Assembly (NCBI GenBank): GCA_965116875.1
Contig: OZ220733.1
Span: 1,856,001 to 1,920,000, forward strand
DNA from: Candidatus Latescibacterota bacterium
GTDB taxonomy: Bacteria > Latescibacterota > UBA2968 > GCA-2709665
Direction of reading: 5' to 3'
Length of the DNA stretch: 64,000 nucleotides
Under the pieces are notes generated by a model. It did not search any database. It was given only the letters and a program-made list of their open reading frames with translations, and was not told the DNA's origin. Positions within the stretch are counted from its first letter, which is position 1, and each line of letters opens with the position of its first letter. The translations under genes were made by a program, and so were the position numbers. Positions 59,053 to 64,000 of this stretch are shown here, piece after piece.

Positions 59053-59871
59053 CTACCAGCGATTCAGGCCAAGGAGCCGTCGCCCAAGCGGCGTCAACCG
59101 CGCGGTTTCACCTTCCAAATGCTCCTTTTCCTTCTGATTCTTCCCCAATCCCGTGAGGCGTTCGCGCCAGCCCTCAATGCGGCTTTCCCGATGCGACTCG
59201 TCCTCCTCCCTTGCGGGAGTCATCGTGATGTATTGCGCGATACGCGGCCGGTCGGCCGAGTTGGGACTGCTTCCATGCGGCAGCAGGCTGTGCCAGATCA
59301 CGAGATCGCCTTCCCTGCCGGCGATCGGCTTCGCCTGATGTCCGAATTCCTCCTGCATCCGTCGCCTGGGTTCGTCCTCATCCGATAGCGTCTCCAGCCA
59401 GTCCTGAATCCGCCGATGGAAGCCGGGTATACACGTAAACGCGCCCTGGTTCTCCGCCGTATCGGACAGATAGAGGACACCCTGAACCATGAAGCGCGAC
59501 GGATCCTCCAGTGAGACATCCCAATGCAAATACGGACCCTTGAAACTGAATCCAGGCCGTTCCGGCGGATTCAGACTCGTCCTGTCGAAACTCACCCAGA
59601 GTTTTTCGGTTCCCCAGACATCCGCAAATGCACCGTGTACCCTCGGGTACTGCCGGTTGTCCCACAGCGCCTGATGCTGGTACATTTCAACCATGATACC
59701 CGGCCTCGGCGGCTCCGGATACCACGTTTCCGGATCTGTGGAGTCCATGTCCAGGAACGTCCACACGGCCGCCTCGGCCTCGCGGCAGTTTTCCGGCGGC
59801 ACAGCCTCGGGCACCACAACGTATCCGTTCTCTTTCCAGAATTCCATTGCCTGGGCGTCCAGAACAGCCAT
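59053..59871 (-). CDS. Phytanoyl-CoA dioxygenase (PhyH) family Fe(II)/2OG dioxygenase
   Basis: WKENGYVVV, LHWD (HxD), QGVLYL, GDLVIWHSLLPHGS..N...R. Confidence 0.88.
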   Translation of the reverse strand: MAVLDAQAMEFWKENGYVVVPEAVPPENCREAEAAVWTFLDMDSTDPETWYPEPPRPGIMVEMYQHQALWDNRQYPRVHGAFADVWGTEKLWVSFDRTSLNPPERPGFSFKGPYLHWDVSLEDPSRFMVQGVLYLSDTAENQGAFTCIPGFHRRIQDWLETLSDEDEPRRRMQEEFGHQAKPIAGREGDLVIWHSLLPHGSSPNSADRPRIAQYITMTPAREEDESHRESRIEGWRERLTGLGKNQKEKEHLEGETARLTPLGRRLLGLNRW

Positions 59872-60022
59872 GTCGTCCTCCCTTTTTCATCCCGACGGAA
59901 GAGGTAGACTTCCGCCAATTTCGCGTTGGCGCCTTGATATCCCGAATATGGTTCCATAACGTACGCTGTCAAGTCATTTGGACTCTGATTAAGTTCGACT
60001 CGAAAGAAGATAACCGTAAAAT

Positions 60023-60176
60023 TGGCCGCAAAAAGCACAAAAGACACAGAAAGAGTCGATGCGAAACGTCGTATCGAGGTCATCGCAATGGATGAAATTT
60101 CCGTGGGCGTCCGGTAACCCCAGGTATCTTGGAACGGAGGTGCTCGGGAAGGGTGACTTTTTTTGCCTTTTGTGGC
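60023..60176. repeat. Inverted pair of nonamer-type repeats
   Basis: gccgcaaaaagcacaaaagacacagaa at left and ttttttgccttttgtggc at right. Confidence 0.5.
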
Positions 60177-60525
60177 AATTGCCCTTTAACGGCTCACGAA
60201 GCGTCTCCCACTCCTCGCGCCGGGTAGGGGTCGCGATCCCTGACCCGGACCCGGCCGGAACCACGGCGCGAATCGCCGATATACCGCGTAAACGCCATTT
60301 TTGTGTGGATAATGCGGCGTACTTCTTTATATTTCACAGTCGGCCGGCCATCGTCCGGAAGGACGTTTTCTCCGTTCACGTCCAGCGACCTGGTGCATCC
60401 TGCCTGCCTGTCGAACGCAGGCAGACAGGGCAATCCGCCGTCCAATCGGCCTTTTTAACCGGAACACATTCGAACGATCGTCCACGAGAACTTACGAATC
60501 AAGGTTCATTCCCGGAACTCCGACT

Positions 60526-60963
60526 ATGACGGTCCGAAAAGTCAAATTCATCTCGGGATTCGCGGTTATCGTTGCGTGTCTGATGTTCCTGGTGATAAGC
60601 AGTTCTCAGAAAATGGCGATGTACTACCTCACCGTTACCGAACTGGAAGCCCGGGAGACCGAGTTCCTGAATAAGCGCATCAAGCTGGCGGGCAAGGTTA
60701 CGCCCGGCACGATACGGAAACTTCCGGATCGTATCGTCGAGTTCCAGATCTGGGAACCCCTGGAGGGAGACGCTTTTTCGACGAAACGACAGGTGGTCTA
60801 CGCGGGCATCGTGCCTGACACCTTCAGAGACGAAGCCGACGTGGTCCTGGAAGGCGAAGTAGGCGCGAACGGCCTCTTCCGCGCCGACAACCTGCTGGCC
60901 AAATGTCCGTCCAAGTACGAAGGTCAGTCCTACGAAGAAATCAAGGAATCCTACAGCAGGTAA
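60526..60963 (+). CDS. ccmE: Cytochrome c maturation heme chaperone CcmE (Cys variant)
   Basis: N-terminal TM, YYLT, YAGIVPDTF, LLAKCPSKY. Confidence 0.92.
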   Translation: MTVRKVKFISGFAVIVACLMFLVISSSQKMAMYYLTVTELEARETEFLNKRIKLAGKVTPGTIRKLPDRIVEFQIWEPLEGDAFSTKRQVVYAGIVPDTFRDEADVVLEGEVGANGLFRADNLLAKCPSKYEGQSYEEIKESYSR

Positions 60964-61009
60964 CCTTCACCCGGAATGCCGGGTCATCCGATGACCCGCG
61001 GATTTGACG

Positions 61010-62992
61010 ATGGCTGAATTCGGCAACTTCCTCATCTGGTTCTCGGTTGTCACTTCCCTCTACGCGGCGGTGTCCGGCATACTGGCCGGCCGGACCGGCA
61101 GGCTGAATCTCACACTCAGCACGGAACGCGCGGTAACAGCCACTTTTCTGATGGTTATGGCGGCCTTCGGCCTGCTGGAGTCCTTTTTTCTTACCGACCG
61201 CTTCGACCTCCACTACGTGGCCGGCCATTCCAGCCGCGATCTGCCGGCGCCCTACAAGTTCACCGCGGTCTGGTCGGGCATGGAAGGCTCGCTCCTGCTG
61301 TGGGCGTTTATTCTTGCCGCTTTCAATTTCTTCGCCACGCGCAATACCCGCAGGTTCCGGGGGGCGCTCGCCTCCTACGCGACCGTCGTGATGTCGCTTA
61401 CACAGGTCTTCTTCCTCGTCCTGATCGGAAATTACGAGAATCCTTTCCGTGAACTCGGTTTTACGGCGGCCGACGGACAGGGAATGAATCCGCTCCTGGT
61501 CCATCCGGCCATGGCCATCCACCCTCCCATGCTGTACCTCGGTTACGTGGGATTCATCGTACCGTATGCGTTTGCAATGGCCGCGTTGATGAGTCGGCAG
61601 GTGGATGAAGAGTGGATCCGCACGACCCGGCGCTGGACCATCTGGCCCTGGTTTTTCCTGGGGACCGGGCAGCTTCTGGGCGGCAACTGGGCCTACGTGG
61701 TTCTCGGGTGGGGCGGGTACTGGGGTTGGGACCCGGTAGAAAACGCCGCTTTGCTGCCATGGCTAACGGGCACCGCCTTTCTGCACTCGGTCATGATCCA
61801 GGAAAAGAAAGGGATGCTCAAAGTCTGGAACATGGCGCTCATCATTCTCACCTTTACGCTATGCATCTACGGCACTTTTCTAACCCGCAGCGGCCTGGTA
61901 TCCTCCGTACACGCGTTCGCCCAGTCGCCGATCGGCAGCGTGTTCCTGTATTTTCTGGCGGTTATCGTGGTCTTCTCCGCAGGTATCCTGTGGCGGCGGC
62001 GCGCATTGCTGAAAAGCAGGAACGAGTACGAATCTCCCGTCTCCCGGGAAGGGGGATTTCTGCTCAATAATCTGCTTTTCCTGACCGCCGCGTTCGCGGT
62101 GTTCTGGGGCGTGATGTTCCCGGTGCTATCGGAAGCCGTTACCGGTTCCAAAATCACCGTTGGCCCTCCCTTCTTCAGCACGGTGATGACGCCCATCGGT
62201 CTGCTTCTTCTCCTGTTGACGGGCGTTGGACCGCTGCTGGCCTGGAGGAAGACGTCGGCGCGCAGCCTGAAGAGGCACTTCGCCGGACCGGGCATCTTCG
62301 GTCTCGTGTGCGGCGCCGCGGCGTTCGCCCTTGGCGCGCGCGAAGTGTACGCGTTGATCTCCTTTACGCTCTGCGGTTTCGTGACCGGCGCCATCGCCAC
62401 CGAATTCCACAGGGGCGCGAAGGCGCGAGGCAGCAGTTCAAGAGAGCCATATTTCAAAGCGCTGTGGTCGCTTACCGTCCGCAACCGCCGGCGGTACGGC
62501 GGATACATCGTCCACTTCGGCGTCGTCCTGCTCTTCTTCGGCTTCACGGGAAACGCCTTCAACCGGGAAATCGAGGCGGCTCTGAAGCATGGCGAGTCCG
62601 CAACCCTCGGCAAATACCGACTCATTTACGAAGGCTCCTCACAGAGCCAGAATCCGCTCACCATCGTCATTCAGACCCAACTGGGCGTGTACCAGGGAGA
62701 CGAACGCCTGGGTACGATGTGGCCGGAGCAGCACGTCTACTACAAGCGAAGGGACCAGCAGCGAACGACCGAAGTCGCCGTCCGATCCAGCCTGCGTGAG
62801 GACCTCTATGTCCTGTATGAGGGCCCGGACCTCGACGGCGCCGCCATGTTCAGAATCTACGTCAATCCCCTTGTAATGTGGGTGTGGATCGGCGCATGGG
62901 TTCTTACGCTGGGGACCGTGATTGCCATCCTGCCCGATCGCCGGGAACGTCTCAGACGCGCACGCGCCATCGGGTTCCCAGCCGCATCCTGA
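61010..62992 (+). CDS. ccmF: Cytochrome c heme lyase CcmF
   Basis: WSGMEGSLLLW, MNPLL, IHPPMLYLGY, WAYVVLGWGGYWGWDPVENA, LTRSG..SVHAF. Confidence 0.96.
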   Translation: MAEFGNFLIWFSVVTSLYAAVSGILAGRTGRLNLTLSTERAVTATFLMVMAAFGLLESFFLTDRFDLHYVAGHSSRDLPAPYKFTAVWSGMEGSLLLWAFILAAFNFFATRNTRRFRGALASYATVVMSLTQVFFLVLIGNYENPFRELGFTAADGQGMNPLLVHPAMAIHPPMLYLGYVGFIVPYAFAMAALMSRQVDEEWIRTTRRWTIWPWFFLGTGQLLGGNWAYVVLGWGGYWGWDPVENAALLPWLTGTAFLHSVMIQEKKGMLKVWNMALIILTFTLCIYGTFLTRSGLVSSVHAFAQSPIGSVFLYFLAVIVVFSAGILWRRRALLKSRNEYESPVSREGGFLLNNLLFLTAAFAVFWGVMFPVLSEAVTGSKITVGPPFFSTVMTPIGLLLLLLTGVGPLLAWRKTSARSLKRHFAGPGIFGLVCGAAAFALGAREVYALISFTLCGFVTGAIATEFHRGAKARGSSSREPYFKALWSLTVRNRRRYGGYIVHFGVVLLFFGFTGNAFNREIEAALKHGESATLGKYRLIYEGSSQSQNPLTIVIQTQLGVYQGDERLGTMWPEQHVYYKRRDQQRTTEVAVRSSLREDLYVLYEGPDLDGAAMFRIYVNPLVMWVWIGAWVLTLGTVIAILPDRRERLRRARAIGFPAAS

Positions 62993-63117
62993 AAGGGTAC
63001 AGTCTGAAGAAAAACGGAAAATCAATGGCAGACGGGACACGGGATTTTCCCGGCTTGACCGCCGCTTTTTCGCTTGCGCTCGGGAACTCACCGGTAATTT
63101 TCAAACAGCTTCTGAGG

Positions 63118-63576
63118 ATGAGCGTCCCGTTGCTCCTGCTTCTCTCGATCCCGGGCTCCGTAACCGCGGAAGTGACGCAGGAACAGGTGAGAGGGGTGGC
63201 AAAGGGCCTCGCATGTCTCTGCGGCACCTGCCCGCGCCGGCCGCTGGACGAGTGCGCTTGCGGTTGGGCGGATCAAAAGAGAGCGCGCATTGAAGAAGCT
63301 CTGAAAGCGGGTCAGGACAGGGAGGCCATCATCGCGGGCTTTGTTGCGGAATTCGGGATGGAAGCTTATGTGACGCCCCCCGCCTCGGGATTCAACCTTT
63401 CCGCCTGGGTCATGCCCATACTGGTTCTGCTGCTTGGCGCCGTTGTGCTTGCGGCCGTCTTGCGTAGCTGGTCGCGTCAACGGGCTGCTCCCGCAGCCGG
63501 CATTGTCCCGGAGACGGAAACCGACGACCCGTACAGGCTGAGGTTGGAGAGTGAACTCCGGGAGCGGGACCTGTGA
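63118..63576 (+). CDS. ccmH: Cytochrome c biogenesis protein CcmH/CcmL
   Basis: Signal/TM segment, LACLCGTC...ECACG, C-terminal TM (AWVMP); follows ccmF. Start uncertain. Confidence 0.8.
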   Translation: MSVPLLLLLSIPGSVTAEVTQEQVRGVAKGLACLCGTCPRRPLDECACGWADQKRARIEEALKAGQDREAIIAGFVAEFGMEAYVTPPASGFNLSAWVMPILVLLLGAVVLAAVLRSWSRQRAAPAAGIVPETETDDPYRLRLESELRERDL

Positions 63577-64000
63577 GCGTCCTGTTCTGCATCGTCACCG
63601 TCGCCCTGGTCTGCATCTTTGTGTTCCGTCCGCTCCTGACCACGAAGGGCCGGATTGGCGAGAGGGATGCCGGACCCGGCGGTGGTTCCCGGCTCGTTGA
63701 GGAAAGAGAAGCCCTTCTTGACGCCATCCGCGAACTGGACTTCGACTACCGTATGGGGAAGGTCGAGGAGGAAGACTATCGCGAAACCCGCTCACGCTAC
63801 CAGAACCGGGCCGTCGAACTGATGCGGGTGATCGACGAAAACGCCGGTCCAACACCGGGAATCGAGGACCGCATCGAAGAGGAAATCGCCGCGCTCAGGA
63901 ATGAAGACACCGTCGCCTGCGCCGGGTGCGGATGCGCAACCCCGGAGGGGGCTCGCTTCTGTCCACAATGCGGCACGGCCCTCGCGGAATCACGCCCATG
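63573..64000 (+). CDS. CcmI-like membrane protein with C-terminal zinc ribbon (3' end at window edge); not in ORF track
   Basis: GTGA overlap with ccmH; MSVLFCIVTVALVCIFVFRPL, AIRELDFDYRMGKVEEEDY, CAGCG...FCPQCG. Confidence 0.75.
   Translation, partial: MSVLFCIVTVALVCIFVFRPLLTTKGRIGERDAGPGGGSRLVEEREALLDAIRELDFDYRMGKVEEEDYRETRSRYQNRAVELMRVIDENAGPTPGIEDRIEEEIAALRNEDTVACAGCGCATPEGARFCPQCGTALAESRP

Overview
GC-rich bacterial chromosome segment, probably from a diderm (it has an alpha-2-macroglobulin/pbpC pair, a beta-barrel outer-membrane protein and Ccm genes). Both flanks are housekeeping genes. Left flank (1-16 kb): A2M-pbpC, a GT2 glycosyltransferase, serS, hemE-hemH-hemY, clpP and sat. Right flank (42-64 kb): moaC, moeA, SDR, rne/rng, rplU, rpmA, mdh, acnA, LysR, gpmI, sucC, FmdB-dnaK, a PhyH dioxygenase and ccmEFH plus a ccmI-like gene. 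An accessory region of about 25 kb lies between them, ending at the 3' side of tRNA-Lys(CTT). Its core is a defence island: an SspABCD-like DNA phosphorothioation module (cysteine desulfurase, DUF4007, P-loop ATPase, PAPS-reductase-family protein). Where the described effectors SspE or SspFGH would be expected, it has an SF2 helicase + MORC/GHKL ATPase + PLD-nuclease triad. This is the best candidate for an undescribed system. Next comes a PHP-ATPase (Ppl/TrlF-like) + Schlafen/AlbA_2 operon, bracketed by a diverged duplicate of the 3' end of the neighbouring OMP gene. Also notable: four toxin-less antitoxins (two with visible toxin stubs), an unannotated sigma-54-driven 56-aa ORF, a channel with an unusual filter and loop insertion, and several families of intergenic palindromic or heptamer repeats. 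All calls come from motifs read by eye; no database search was run.
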